Assembly (NCBI GenBank): GCA_965248435.1
Contig: OZ252100.1
Span: 1,984,001-2,048,000, forward strand
Length of the DNA: 64,000 bases
Origin: Candidatus Latescibacterota bacterium
GTDB taxonomy: Bacteria; Latescibacterota; UBA2968; GCA-2709665
Direction of reading: 5' to 3'
Below, piece by piece: positions 42,289 through 52,408 of the stretch. Each line of letters begins with the position of its first letter. Position 1 is the first letter of the stretch. Both the position numbers and the translations under genes were made by a program. A model generated the notes under the pieces. It made no database searches. It saw nothing but the letters and a program-made list of their open reading frames with translations, and was not told the origin of the DNA.

Positions 42289-43131
42289 CTAAGAAATCCT
42301 CTCCTGATGTGCATAGATATTGAATCCCCGGTCTCGCACAAACCCGGCCAGCGTCATTCCGATATCAGCAGCCAGGTCCACCGCAAGCGAGCTTGCCGCT
42401 GACACACTCGTCACGATCGGGATCCGGGCCACGGCCGCCTTCTGAACGATCTCGAAACTCGACCGCCCGCTCGCGCAGAGGATCGCGGGCTGAGGTCCGC
42501 CCGAGTCGGCTGTCGGACTCAGCAAGCCATCGTATAAAAGCGCCCCGACTGCCTTATCCACCGCGTTGTGCCGCCCCACATCCTCGTGGCAGGCCAGCAG
42601 CTCGCCCTGGGCCGAAAAAATCGCCGCTGCGTGCACCCCGCCCGTCTCGGCGAACGTCGGCTGGCTCTTGCGCAGCCGGTCCATAATGCCCAGCAACAGG
42701 TCGAGCGATACGACCGGCCCCGAAGGCATCGACCGGCATCGCTCCACGAGGTCATCCACGCTCTGTCGCCCACAGACACCGCACGCCGACGTCGTCAACG
42801 TGCCTCGCCGCGTTGCGGTTACCCGCTCCAGGTCCAGAGACACGCCCGGTGCCGGAAGCACGTCGATCGCGTTTCCGTAGCCCTCCGTCCCGGGACGCCC
42901 GCAGTGAAACACGCGTCCCACATCGTCGATCGAATCTACGACCCCTTCAGCGAGCAGAAACCCCACAGCAAGCTTCGCGTCCTCGCCGGGCGTCCGCATC
43001 GTAATGGCCAACGGATCGCCTGCTACACGAATCTCCAGCGGCTCTTCGATCGCTATGCTGTCCTCGGACTCTCCGGCCCGCGCACCGTCCTTTACGCGTG
43101 ATACAGAACGCGTTGTGATTCCTGGATTCAA
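42289..43131 (-). CDS. fdhD: Formate dehydrogenase accessory sulfurtransferase
   Basis: EEPLEI, TMRTPG, SACGVCG, TGGVHAA, EDVGRHNAVDK. Confidence 0.95.
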   Translation of the reverse strand: MNPGITTRSVSRVKDGARAGESEDSIAIEEPLEIRVAGDPLAITMRTPGEDAKLAVGFLLAEGVVDSIDDVGRVFHCGRPGTEGYGNAIDVLPAPGVSLDLERVTATRRGTLTTSACGVCGRQSVDDLVERCRSMPSGPVVSLDLLLGIMDRLRKSQPTFAETGGVHAAAIFSAQGELLACHEDVGRHNAVDKAVGALLYDGLLSPTADSGGPQPAILCASGRSSFEIVQKAAVARIPIVTSVSAASSLAVDLAADIGMTLAGFVRDRGFNIYAHQERIS

Positions 43132-43218
43132 CTGGAAATCCCCCTTAATCCCCCTTTGAGAATGGAGGAAAGGTGTTCTTGCGGTACCCGAACCCCGGTA
43201 CCCGTGTTTTTCCTTCCC

Positions 43219-43244
43219 CAGGGCGACGCGTGCGTCGCCCCTAC
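43219..43244 (-). repeat. GTAG-type REP element
   Basis: Minus strand GTAGGGGCGACGCACGCGTCGCCC: GTAG followed by a palindrome, just downstream of the fdh stop. Confidence 0.7.
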
Positions 43245-43278
43245 ACCGCCGATCTCTTATGATATCCGGTACACGGCT

Positions 43279-45990
43279 TTACGCTGGCTCCACCCTCACG
43301 GGACACACTTTCAGTTCCGCCGTCTGCGTAATCGGATCGTAGCCCGACCCGGTAAGCACATTCACCGGCACATCGCTGAAGCTGAAGCTCGCAAACACCG
43401 TTCCGCGAGGTGAGCGCTCGGTCGCCTTGACCTTGATCCTGACCGAACCGCGCGAGCTCGACATCTGGCACCACCCACCATCCTCGAGTCCCAGGCTCAC
43501 AACATCGTTGGGGTGGACTTCAAGAGACTCTTCGGGGAGCAGATAGTCGATCCCCTGCGAACGTCCCGTCTGTGTGCGTGTATGATACGACTGGAGCCGG
43601 CGTCCCGTCGTCAACCAGACCGGGAAGTCTGCGCTTACCGTCTCGGCAGGGTTGCGATACCGGTGCTGTGTAAATTTCCCACGGCCGTTAACGAACTCAT
43701 CCTGATGCAGAATCGGTGTGCCGGGGTGCCCTGCGTCCGGCACGGGCCAGTGATATTCGCCATTCTCGATCCGATCCCAATCCAGACCGTGATAGATGGG
43801 TGACACCTCACAGAGTTCGTTAAAGATCTCCTTTGGCGTGTTGTAATCGAACCCCTTGAATCCAAGCCGCTTCGCAATCTCGCAGACGATCCACCAGTCC
43901 GGTCTGGCCTCTCCAGGCGGTGGGACAGCCGCCCTGAGACGTTGCACGCGTCGCTCCGTATTCGTGCACACCCCGTCGGTCTCGCCCCACGAGGTGGCGG
44001 GCAGCACAACGTCGGCAAGCTCGGCAGTATCCGTCAGAAAGATGTCAATCACGACGAGGTGATCCAGGCTCTTCAGCGCGCGCTCACAGTGCTCTCGATT
44101 CGGGTCTGACAGCAGCGTATTCTCCCCGTCGATCAGCATCGCCCGAACCTGGTCCCCGCACTGATCCAGCGCCGTTACCTTCGTGATGCCCTTCTCGATG
44201 TCGACCTCGGTCCCGTAGAGCGCCTTGAACTTGGCCTGATTCGCCGGCTCGGTCACCGGCTGGAAGCCCGGGTAGTTGTTCGGGATCGCGCCGCTGTCCC
44301 CGGCACCCTGGATGTTGTTCTGACCCCGCATCGGGTTGATGCCGGTTCCCTCGCGCCCGATGTTTCCGGTCATAAGCGCCAGGTTTCCGAGGCTCTGCAC
44401 ATTGTCCACACCGCAGATATGCTCGGTGATCCCGAGCGTATAGTAGATCGCCCCTCTATCCGCCTTCCCGTAGAGGACAGCCGCGCTTTCGATCTCTTCT
44501 GCCGGCACCCCGGTGATCCGCTCCGCCCATTCCGGAGGATACTCCTGGATGTGCTCGAGAAAGGCCGCTCCGTCCACCGTCCGGTCGTGGATAAAGTCCT
44601 CATCCACAAGCCCCTCTCTCGCGATCACGTGCGCCATGCCGAGCAGGAGCGCCACATCCGACCCGACGCGAAGCGGCAGGTAGACATCCGCCAGGTCCGC
44701 CAGCGGAATCCTTCGCGGGTCTGCCACGATGAGCTTCGCCCCGCGCGCCAGCGCGCGCTTCAGCCGCGTGGCGGCCACCGGATGGCATTCCGTCATGTTC
44801 GTCCCGATGCAGAAGATCACATCCGGTTTTTCCATGTCGGCCAGGGGGTTCGACATTGCACCGCGTCCGATCGTGGCTGCCAGACCGGCAACCGTCGGAG
44901 CGTGTCAAGCACGGCTGCAGTTGTCGATGTAGTTCGTACCCAGCCCCGCACGGATGAACTTCTGCATCGTGTAGGCCGCCTCGTTTGGGGCCCTTCCCGA
45001 CGCTACACCGTAGATGCTGTATCTGCCGTAGGCGTCACGCGCCTTGCGGAACCCCTCCGCCGCGACGTCCAGCGCCTCGTCCCATTCCGTCTCGTGCAGT
45101 GCCCCGTCTTCCCCTCTTACGAGTGGCTTCTTCAGGCGATCCGCGTGATGCACGAAATCGAACGCGAACTGGCCCTTCACGCAGAGTGCACCCAGGTTCG
45201 CGGGGCCGTCCATCGCAGGCTGGATACCCACAATCTGCTCTCCCTTCGTCAGCACGTCCACCGAGCAGCCCACACCGCAATAGGCGCAGATCGTCCGCGT
45301 CTTTTCGATCGGCCCGGGCGTATCCTCTGAACGAAGCGCCTTCCTGTCGGCGAGCGCGCCCGTCGGGCAGGTCTGTACGCACTGACCGCAGAACGTGCAG
45401 GAGGAATCCTTCAGAAGTCCGTCGAACTCCGTTGTGATCTGCGTGTGGAAACCTCGATCCATCATACTAATCGCATAGTCTCCCTCCTGCTCCGCGCAGA
45501 CGCGCACGCAGCGGTAGCACGAAATACAGAGGTCATAGTCCCGCATCAGAAACGGGTTGTCGTCCTCGGCCTTGCTCCGGCCCGACTGTTTGCCTGAAAA
45601 ACGTCCGCTGCGCGCGTCGTACTGGTCCACCAACGTCTTGAGCTCTTGAGACGCATAGCTTCGCAGCGGATCCACGTCGACCTCTCGGTTCTCGGATGCC
45701 ACCATCTCCAGCAGCACTTTCCGAAACCGCTCGACCCTCTCTGTGTGCGTCTGCACGACCATGTCGGGCGTCGCCTTCGTCGTACACGAAGCCACCGGGT
45801 TGCGGGACCCCTCCACCTCGACAACGCAGAGGCGGCAGCTCCCGAATGCATCCAGACGGGGATCATAACACAGGGTCGGGATCTGAACCTCCTCCCGCTC
45901 AGCGATCTCGTAGAGGGTCTCCCCTGGCGAATAGCTCACCTCTTCTCCATTCAGCGTGATCCAGTGCTTCGAATCCGCGGTCGGACCCAT
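43279..45990 (-). CDS. fdhF: Selenocysteine-containing formate dehydrogenase alpha subunit with N-terminal Fe-S domains (UGA at 44907-44905)
   Basis: Two track ORFs are joined in frame by a single TGA: NYIDNCSRA-U-HAPTVAGL...GAMSN, matching E. coli FdhF CARVUHGPSVAGL...GAMSN. Fe-S motifs and RGQNNIQG are present. Confidence 0.92.
44874..44904 (-). promoter_or_regulatory. Bacterial SECIS hairpin
   Basis: Minus strand GGTTGCC-GGTCT-GGCAGCC about 11 nt after the UGA, resembling E. coli fdhF GGUUGCAGGUCUGCACC. Confidence 0.8.
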
Positions 45991-46021
45991 TTTCGCCTGT
46001 CCTTTCTCGGCCTGCCGGAGT

Positions 46022-47689
46022 TTATGTAGACCCGACGTGTCGTTCTACTGCCTCAGGGAAGAACCTCATCAAACTCTCAGTGATCAATGGCGCGGCAATT
46101 CCGAGGCCGCAGGCGCTCACGGCCTTCATCGTCTCACCGATCTCCGACACCTCTTCCAGCCACAGATCGACGTCCTGCGGTCCGGCCTCACCCGCCAGTC
46201 TTTCCGTCAGACGCTGGGTACCGATTCGACACGGAAAGCACTTTCCGCACGACTCCTCCGCGAAAAAGGCCATTCCTTCACGCGCAACGCTCAGGATATC
46301 CCTGCTATCGTCAAACACCATGATGCCCCCGGCGCCAAGGAAGGAACCCTGCTCGCGAATGCTGGCTTCGTCCAACGTGACCTCGAGCGCCTCTCCGGCC
46401 AGGAATCCACCCGACAGCCCGGCCATCGTTACCGCCTGAATCGAACGCCCACCCAGCGGACCCCCCGCCCATTCGTGAAGCAGGGTCTGCAGCGGCAGCC
46501 CCAGAGGCACCTCGTAGTTTCCGGGTTTCTGGATATCCCCTGAAAGACTGATCACCTTCGTCCCGGCCTGACCGTTCATCCCCAGGCCCTGGTACCAATC
46601 GGCCCCACGGCGCAGAATCTGCGGCGTCGCCACAAGCGTCTCTACATTATTAACAACCGTCGGCAGATTGTCGTAGCCGTGCGTCACAGGGAACGGCGGG
46701 CGATTTCTCGGAAAGGGGTGCTTTCCTTCCAGGCTGTTCAGGAGGGAGCCCTCTTCCCCGCACACGTAGGCGCCGGCCCCCCTTCGAAGGTAAAGAGTGA
46801 AATCGAAATCCTTATCCAGAATCCGCTCGCCCAGGAGCCGCGCTCCCTCCGCTTCGGAAATCGCCCGTTCCAGGGTCCGCAGCGTATCCGGGTACTCATA
46901 TCGGAGATAGATGAATCCACGCGTTGCCCCGGTCGCGTAAGCGGCGAGCAGCATCCCCTCGATCACGGCGTGAGGGTCGTAATCCAGAATCGCCCGGTCC
47001 TTGAAACATCCCGGTTCTCCTTCGTCCGCATTGCAGACGATCGTCTTCGGCTCACGCGGTGCTTCCGAGACCGCTTTCCACTTCTGGCCGGTCGGAAACC
47101 CTGCCCCGCCCCGGCCTGCCAGCTTGCTTTCCGTAATCAGCGCGACGACTTCCTCCGGCTTCATCTCCCTCACGGCGCGTTCAAGCCCCTCATACCCACC
47201 CGTCCCTCGGTAGCCCTCGATCCGCGCTCGATTCGGCTCGCGAATCGAGGAGAAGACGCACTCTTTCACGCGACCCGGGTTCGGCGCAGGGAGGCCGCTG
47301 GGTCGGTCCTCCAGCCCGCTCGGGGTCGTCCCCACGAGCACGCGGTCCCCTTTGAGCACGGGGACGGGATCGTCACACCTTCCTGCGCAGGGCATCGCGG
47401 CCGCGCCCTCACTCTCGAGCTGCTTCAGCATTTCCGGACCGCCCCTCAACCCGCAGACCGGACCGGTGCAGACCTTGGGCGACTTCTGACCACCAGGCGT
47501 CCGAGACAGGTGGTGGTAAAATGACACCGTCCCGAAAAGCTCAGCGAGTGGAATCCCCAGCGCGGCCGAAACCTGCCGGATCGCCTCGTCCGAAACAAAC
47601 CCGTCCCGGTCCTGAAACGCGTGGAGGAGCGGAAGGAGAGGCGCCGGTTGTTCTCGCCACGTGTCGATTAATTGTTCGTCGCTTACCAT
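46022..47689 (-). CDS. NuoE-NuoF-like fused diaphorase subunit of NAD-linked FDH
   Basis: N-terminal CTGPVC..CAGRC; GRGGAGFP, CNADEGEPG, GAGAYVCGEE, ESCGKCFPCRIG. Confidence 0.9.
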   Translation of the reverse strand: MVSDEQLIDTWREQPAPLLPLLHAFQDRDGFVSDEAIRQVSAALGIPLAELFGTVSFYHHLSRTPGGQKSPKVCTGPVCGLRGGPEMLKQLESEGAAAMPCAGRCDDPVPVLKGDRVLVGTTPSGLEDRPSGLPAPNPGRVKECVFSSIREPNRARIEGYRGTGGYEGLERAVREMKPEEVVALITESKLAGRGGAGFPTGQKWKAVSEAPREPKTIVCNADEGEPGCFKDRAILDYDPHAVIEGMLLAAYATGATRGFIYLRYEYPDTLRTLERAISEAEGARLLGERILDKDFDFTLYLRRGAGAYVCGEEGSLLNSLEGKHPFPRNRPPFPVTHGYDNLPTVVNNVETLVATPQILRRGADWYQGLGMNGQAGTKVISLSGDIQKPGNYEVPLGLPLQTLLHEWAGGPLGGRSIQAVTMAGLSGGFLAGEALEVTLDEASIREQGSFLGAGGIMVFDDSRDILSVAREGMAFFAEESCGKCFPCRIGTQRLTERLAGEAGPQDVDLWLEEVSEIGETMKAVSACGLGIAAPLITESLMRFFPEAVERHVGST

Positions 47690-47719
47690 CGTTTAACTCA
47701 ACGCTACTATCAGCTGGTC

Positions 47720-47815
47720 GATTCTGGAGTATTGCAGTACTGGAGTAATCGGAAAAACCAGCACCTTGGGCCTGTCTTTCCACTACTCCAACACTCCATT
47801 ACTCCATTCCCCCAG
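47720..47815. repeat. Octamer-armed palindromic element
   Basis: gattctggagtattgcagtactggagtaat...cactactccaacactccattactcc. Confidence 0.8.
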
Positions 47816-47911
47816 CACTGGCCCTTTTTTGGCATCATTCCGAATGCATGTTGTATAATATAGCCCAATAAATCAATTGTAATCAAGACATTCGCCAATT
47901 AGGACGTGTAG

Positions 47912-48883
47912 ATGCCCGACATTTCCAGGTTTGAGGTACCGATCGCGCAAGATCTCAAGAAGGAGATGAACGAACTCTGGCACGAGACCCTGGAAAAGCC
48001 CCTAAACGCCATGGCAGCGGAACTGGCGGGTAAGGAGCTCGATCACAACCGACTGATCTTCTACCTGACCCGTCAGGGGGAGGCGCTCGCCGGAACGACC
48101 TCCATCACCATCCCCGTAGCGAACCCGGATCTTGGTGGATTGGGCGAGGTGGCCACGGAACCGGAGTTTCGCCGCAGAGGCATCGCGTATCGACTCTGTG
48201 AACACGCCCGCGATGAATTTCGGGAAGCAGGGGGCAAGGCCATCTTTCTGGCCACCGGCAATGGGGTCGCCCGACGCGTGTATACGCGTCTCGGGTGGCA
48301 GAGGCTCGCGAACGCGAACGTGATGGCCTGCATCGCCGGCGGTGCCTCGGCCGAGGAGTTCATGGTCGGCTACTTCGGACAACCTGCAGACGTTACCGTC
48401 CGACCGGCCTCTGCGGCCGAGCGTGTCCCGATGATACCGCTCCTGATCAACCCTCACGACTGGCAGGTGCTGGACGCGAACGTCGTCGGAATGCATTCAA
48501 CGCGTCAGGTCCTTCAGAATTCCTGCATGGGTCTCTATACCCGATACACGAAGGCGATTACGGCCGGGAAGGGGACGTGGTTCTGTGCACGTACATCGGA
48601 CGGCAGGCTCGTCGGCCTGTCGACGGTCTGTCTGGACGACGAGGGCGGATGCTGCGTCGATGGATTCGCGCACCGAAATTTCATGGAGGTGTGGGAAGAC
48701 CTGATCCAGGCGGCAGCAGGTTGGGGTGCTAACCAGGGCGCGAAGGTCACCCGCGCCCTGCTTGCCGTCGAAGATGAGGACAAGCGCGCCCATTTCGAAT
48801 CTCTCGGATTCCGCGAGGTCGGCAAGGGCGAGGATTTCGATTTTCGCGGGCTGACCAAACCCTCCCTTCGCTTTGAACGATAG
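47912..48883 (+). CDS. GNAT-family acetyltransferase (tandem domains)
   Basis: VATEPEFRRRGIA, VYTRLGW, FESLGF. Confidence 0.85.
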   Translation: MPDISRFEVPIAQDLKKEMNELWHETLEKPLNAMAAELAGKELDHNRLIFYLTRQGEALAGTTSITIPVANPDLGGLGEVATEPEFRRRGIAYRLCEHARDEFREAGGKAIFLATGNGVARRVYTRLGWQRLANANVMACIAGGASAEEFMVGYFGQPADVTVRPASAAERVPMIPLLINPHDWQVLDANVVGMHSTRQVLQNSCMGLYTRYTKAITAGKGTWFCARTSDGRLVGLSTVCLDDEGGCCVDGFAHRNFMEVWEDLIQAAAGWGANQGAKVTRALLAVEDEDKRAHFESLGFREVGKGEDFDFRGLTKPSLRFER

Positions 48884-48906
48884 GTGTCTAACCAGCGTGG
48901 ATACCG

Positions 48907-49407
48907 ATGAGCCGGAAGATTCGATGGGAAGGTTTGCTAATCTCAGTCGAGCCCCGGATTCGCCTGAGCCGCTCTTTTGATCAGCGTTATCATTCGTATC
49001 TCGGGTATGTTCTCAGAATCAGGGGAGTGCTCGGGGATTCGGAGCAAGAGGTCCTGATTGCCGTAGGAAAAGCGGCTCATGCAAAGCATCGGTTTCGCGT
49101 AGGAGATCGCATCAAGGGTGAGTCTGAACCTGTATTGGATAGCCGGCTGGAGTGCGCTAAATTCTACAAGACAGTCAAGCTGAGCGTAATTGTAGGTGCC
49201 GGAAATGTGTCTCCGGAGCCGCCTCCGTGGCTTGGGATTGCACCAGATTTGGAGACCTATCAGCTGCGGGGACATCGGCGCCTGGCCGCTCGAACGTATG
49301 ATGCCAAATGTCGGTCTTGCATTTGGGGCTGTCCGAGTCCAAGTACCGGGAAACGAGGTCAAGGTCCCGGGGCGTCAGGACGTGCCTTAAGGGTAAATAT
49401 CCTATGA
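48907..49407 (+). CDS. Hypothetical protein, possibly with a disrupted C-terminus
   Basis: 166-aa ORF with CRSC near the end, followed by an unstructured tail. Confidence 0.6.
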   Translation: MSRKIRWEGLLISVEPRIRLSRSFDQRYHSYLGYVLRIRGVLGDSEQEVLIAVGKAAHAKHRFRVGDRIKGESEPVLDSRLECAKFYKTVKLSVIVGAGNVSPEPPPWLGIAPDLETYQLRGHRRLAARTYDAKCRSCIWGCPSPSTGKRGQGPGASGRALRVNIL

Positions 49408-49499
49408 TCAGGAGCGCCTACCTCAATGAGCGCCGCTCACCCTTCTTCATTCTCTTTGCTCCGCTGAGAGGCGGTGTGAGGACCAGAGACGGACTGCCA

Positions 49500-49745
49500 A
49501 TGGGAGCTGCATTCACAGCCAAGCAAGGCCAGTACCTGGCTTTTATCCACAACTATTCGATGATCCACAGCGTGCCCCCGGCCGAAGCTGACATCCAGAG
49601 GTATTTCAACGTGACGCCGCCAACGGTTCACCAGATGATTCTCCGGCTTCAAGAGAAAGGCTTGATCACCCGCGCCCCGGGGCAGGCGAGAACAGTCCGG
49701 GTCCTCCTGGACCCGAATGAGATTCCCAGACTTGGGGATGCCTGA
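49500..49745 (+). CDS. Stand-alone LexA/MarR-like winged-HTH protein
   Basis: FTAKQGQYLAFI...PPAEADIQRYF.VTPPTVHQMI..L.EKGLI.R.PGQAR; ATG at 49500. Confidence 0.8.
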   Translation: MGAAFTAKQGQYLAFIHNYSMIHSVPPAEADIQRYFNVTPPTVHQMILRLQEKGLITRAPGQARTVRVLLDPNEIPRLGDA

Positions 49746-49798
49746 TGAGTCGGTGCGGTAGACAGCCAAAGGGTTAAGATGCCCGGGCTAAGGAAATT

Positions 49799-50530
49799 GT
49801 GATGAGGGATTCAGTCGTCATCGTTGGAGGCGCAGGTGGAATCGGTTCAGCTGTCGTCGACCGATTCGTACAAGCAGGATCATCAGTGATCATCGGGGAC
49901 ATCGATCAGGAATCGGGTGTACGTCTTGCGGATTCCTACGGTGACGAGGGCCAGTTTGAGCGGGTCGATGTATGCGATCAATCCTCGATAGACGATTTCG
50001 CTGAGGCAGTTGGCCAAAAATGCACGAGCGTGAGACACCTTGTCAGCCTCGCAGGGGCGGCCCTCCCCGGTGAGTTCGAGGAGGGCTTGGGTCTCGGCGC
50101 GCAGACCATCAAGGACTCCATCGCGCTGAACCTGACGAGTCACATTCTGCTCACACAGGCGCTCCAGCCGCTCCTCGGCGAGGGCTCGAGCGTCGTTGTC
50201 GTCTCTTCGATCAACGCGGTGAAGGACTACCGCCTGCCCGCCTACAGTTCCGCAAAGGCCGGCCTGCTGGGGTTTATCCGCTCATGTGCAACCGAGCTCG
50301 GCGAAAAGCAGGTTCGTATCAACGCGGTTTTACCCGGCACCGTCGCGACCCCGCGCACCCTGAGCCAGCCCAAGAATTTCGAAACCCTGCGTCAAGGCAC
50401 CGCCCTCGGCAGACTCGCGACCCCGGAAGAAATCGCGCAAGTCGTATACGCTTTATGTGAGCTGATGACGTGTGTTACCGGCCAGACCATCATCGCCGAC
50501 TGTGGGCAGGTGGTTAAGGGTGATTTGTAG
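49799..50530 (+). CDS. Short-chain dehydrogenase/reductase
   Basis: GGAGGIG, YSSAK, RINAVLPG. Confidence 0.92.
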   Translation: MMRDSVVIVGGAGGIGSAVVDRFVQAGSSVIIGDIDQESGVRLADSYGDEGQFERVDVCDQSSIDDFAEAVGQKCTSVRHLVSLAGAALPGEFEEGLGLGAQTIKDSIALNLTSHILLTQALQPLLGEGSSVVVVSSINAVKDYRLPAYSSAKAGLLGFIRSCATELGEKQVRINAVLPGTVATPRTLSQPKNFETLRQGTALGRLATPEEIAQVVYALCELMTCVTGQTIIADCGQVVKGDL

Positions 50531-50552
50531 CAACTGACATTGGATCGCTGTC

Positions 50553-50732
50553 CAAGACCGCGGACCACAGAGCAAGGACCGCGGCGGTAAGGTAAAAGAA
50601 GCTACGCATGATCGCAGATCACGGACCACAGACGGCTAAAAAAGCATGAAACATCACCCTATTCATCCTGCGGTCCTCGGTCCGCTGTCGGCCGTCTGCC
50701 TTTAGGCGGTCTGCCGTCTGTCGTCTGCGGTC
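50553..50732. repeat. Heptamer-periodic inverted-repeat element
   Basis: Left arm agaccgc/ggaccac/ggaccgc/agacggc; right arm gcggtcc/tcggtcc/gccgtct/gcggtct/gtcgtct. Confidence 0.7.
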
Positions 50733-50765
50733 TTATTATCACGGTTGTATCAAGGAGGAGCTAAC

Positions 50766-52262
50766 GTGGCCAATAGACAAGCCCTTCGTTTTCCAGATCT
50801 GGCCCCCGAGCTTACATCTCGTAGAGCCCTCGACTTCCTCAAGTTCTTCGGGCCGGGCGCCATCATCGCCTCCGTAACGATCGGAAGCGGCGAAACTGTC
50901 TGGGCATCCCGAAGTGGTGCCATATTCGGGTATTCCTTGTTCTGGGCCTTCAGCCTCTTCTGTCTGACAAAGGCGATTCAGGTCTACACGGCTGCGCGCT
51001 ACATGACGCTGACCGGAGAGCACCCCATCGAAAAGTGGTCCATCCTCCCCGGTCCACGCGCCTGGTTCCCCGCGTTCACCGGTCTCGTCGTGATCGTTGC
51101 AACCCCATTCTATCTCTCCAGCCTGCCCATTATGCTGGGCACGATCACGTCCTGGATCCTCTTCGACGACCCGGGGCTCTATCCCCACGCCATCGCCATC
51201 ATCTTCATCGTCCTCCTGATCATCCTTACCCTTCTCCAGAGCTATGGGTTTCTGGAGAGGGCCCAGTTCTCTCTGGTGGGGGTGATGCTCGTCTTGATGA
51301 TCATCGCCACGTTCGCCTGCAATCCTGACTGGACGGCCGCTCTGTCGGGCGCCGTCGTTCCGACCTTCCCGAGATATCCAGACTGGATCGTGAACTTTCC
51401 CGCCTTCGCCGACCGAACCCTCATCGTCGAAATGGTGGCCTACATGGGGGTCATGGGTGGCGGAGTGCAGGACTACATCGGATACATCGGCATGCTTAGA
51501 GAAAAGACCTGGGGGATGATCGGACACGCCGAAAGGAAGGGTGCGACTCCTGGAGACCCCGTCCTGCTCTCAGAAGATGAGGAGAACGTCCGGGTCGGTC
51601 TGGCCTGGCTGAAGGCCCCGGTGATCGACACCTGGGTCTCCTTCGGAACGGTGTTGATCTTCACCGCCACCTTCCTGATCCTGGGTGCAACTTTGCTGTA
51701 TCCGAAGCAGATCGTGCCTACGGGAATGGATCTCTACAACCACCAGGTCGTCTTCCTGACTCAACTGCACCCCGGAGAGGAGATAAGGCTCTTTTTGGCG
51801 GGGATCTACAAGGCCGGCGTCTTCTTTGCCATCTTCGGCACGGTCTACGGCGCCTACGAGCTCTACGTGAGGACGGCGCACGAATGCATACACGTAATCA
51901 CACCCAGATGGCACAACCTGGAGCTCGACCAGATGAGGCTCCCCATCCTGGTCTACAACGGAGTAGCCGGAATCTGCCTGGTCCTCGTCGCCTGGTGGAC
52001 GGCCTACAATGACCCGCAGGGCGTGGGATGGAACCCGATCTCGATTATGACCATACCCCTTCACATCACCGGCGTCCTGTTCGCCGGCCCCTGGTGCTTC
52101 GCGATGATATGGGCCGACCGAACCTTCCTCCCCAAACCGTTTCAGATGGGTCGGCTCCTCGTCGCCCTGAACGCCCTCTGCGGGCTGGCCTTCTTCTTCT
52201 TCGGCGCCAGGGCGCTCTACGATGACTTGCAGCCGGTCTTTAGTTGGTTCGCGGGACATTAA
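50766..52262 (+). CDS. NRAMP-like membrane transporter
   Basis: FGPGAIIASVTIGSGE..ASRSGA.FGY; about 11 TM helices; GTG after an AAGGAGGAG RBS. Confidence 0.8.
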   Translation: MANRQALRFPDLAPELTSRRALDFLKFFGPGAIIASVTIGSGETVWASRSGAIFGYSLFWAFSLFCLTKAIQVYTAARYMTLTGEHPIEKWSILPGPRAWFPAFTGLVVIVATPFYLSSLPIMLGTITSWILFDDPGLYPHAIAIIFIVLLIILTLLQSYGFLERAQFSLVGVMLVLMIIATFACNPDWTAALSGAVVPTFPRYPDWIVNFPAFADRTLIVEMVAYMGVMGGGVQDYIGYIGMLREKTWGMIGHAERKGATPGDPVLLSEDEENVRVGLAWLKAPVIDTWVSFGTVLIFTATFLILGATLLYPKQIVPTGMDLYNHQVVFLTQLHPGEEIRLFLAGIYKAGVFFAIFGTVYGAYELYVRTAHECIHVITPRWHNLELDQMRLPILVYNGVAGICLVLVAWWTAYNDPQGVGWNPISIMTIPLHITGVLFAGPWCFAMIWADRTFLPKPFQMGRLLVALNALCGLAFFFFGARALYDDLQPVFSWFAGH

Positions 52263-52299
52263 TACGGTCAACCGGTTCAGGTCACGCTGCCAGCTTCCC

Positions 52300-52399
52300 G
52301 ATCCTGGAGTATTGCAGCACTGGAGTGCTGGAGTATTGGAAAAACCATCATTCCCTGGTTTCCCATTACTCCAATACTCCATTACTCCAATACCCCAGT
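52300..52399. repeat. Octamer-armed palindromic element
   Basis: gatcctggagtattgcagcactggagtgctggagtattgg...cattactccaatactccattactccaatacccc. Confidence 0.85.
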
Positions 52400-52408
52400 G
52401 ATTACGCT

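Noticed and set aside
44857-44907. fdh split into two genes or a pseudogene
   Set aside because: A single in-frame TGA at the conserved Sec position with a SECIS-like hairpin
46022-47689. Respiratory complex I nuoF
   Set aside because: No other nuo genes; it is adjacent to the fdh alpha subunit and fdhD
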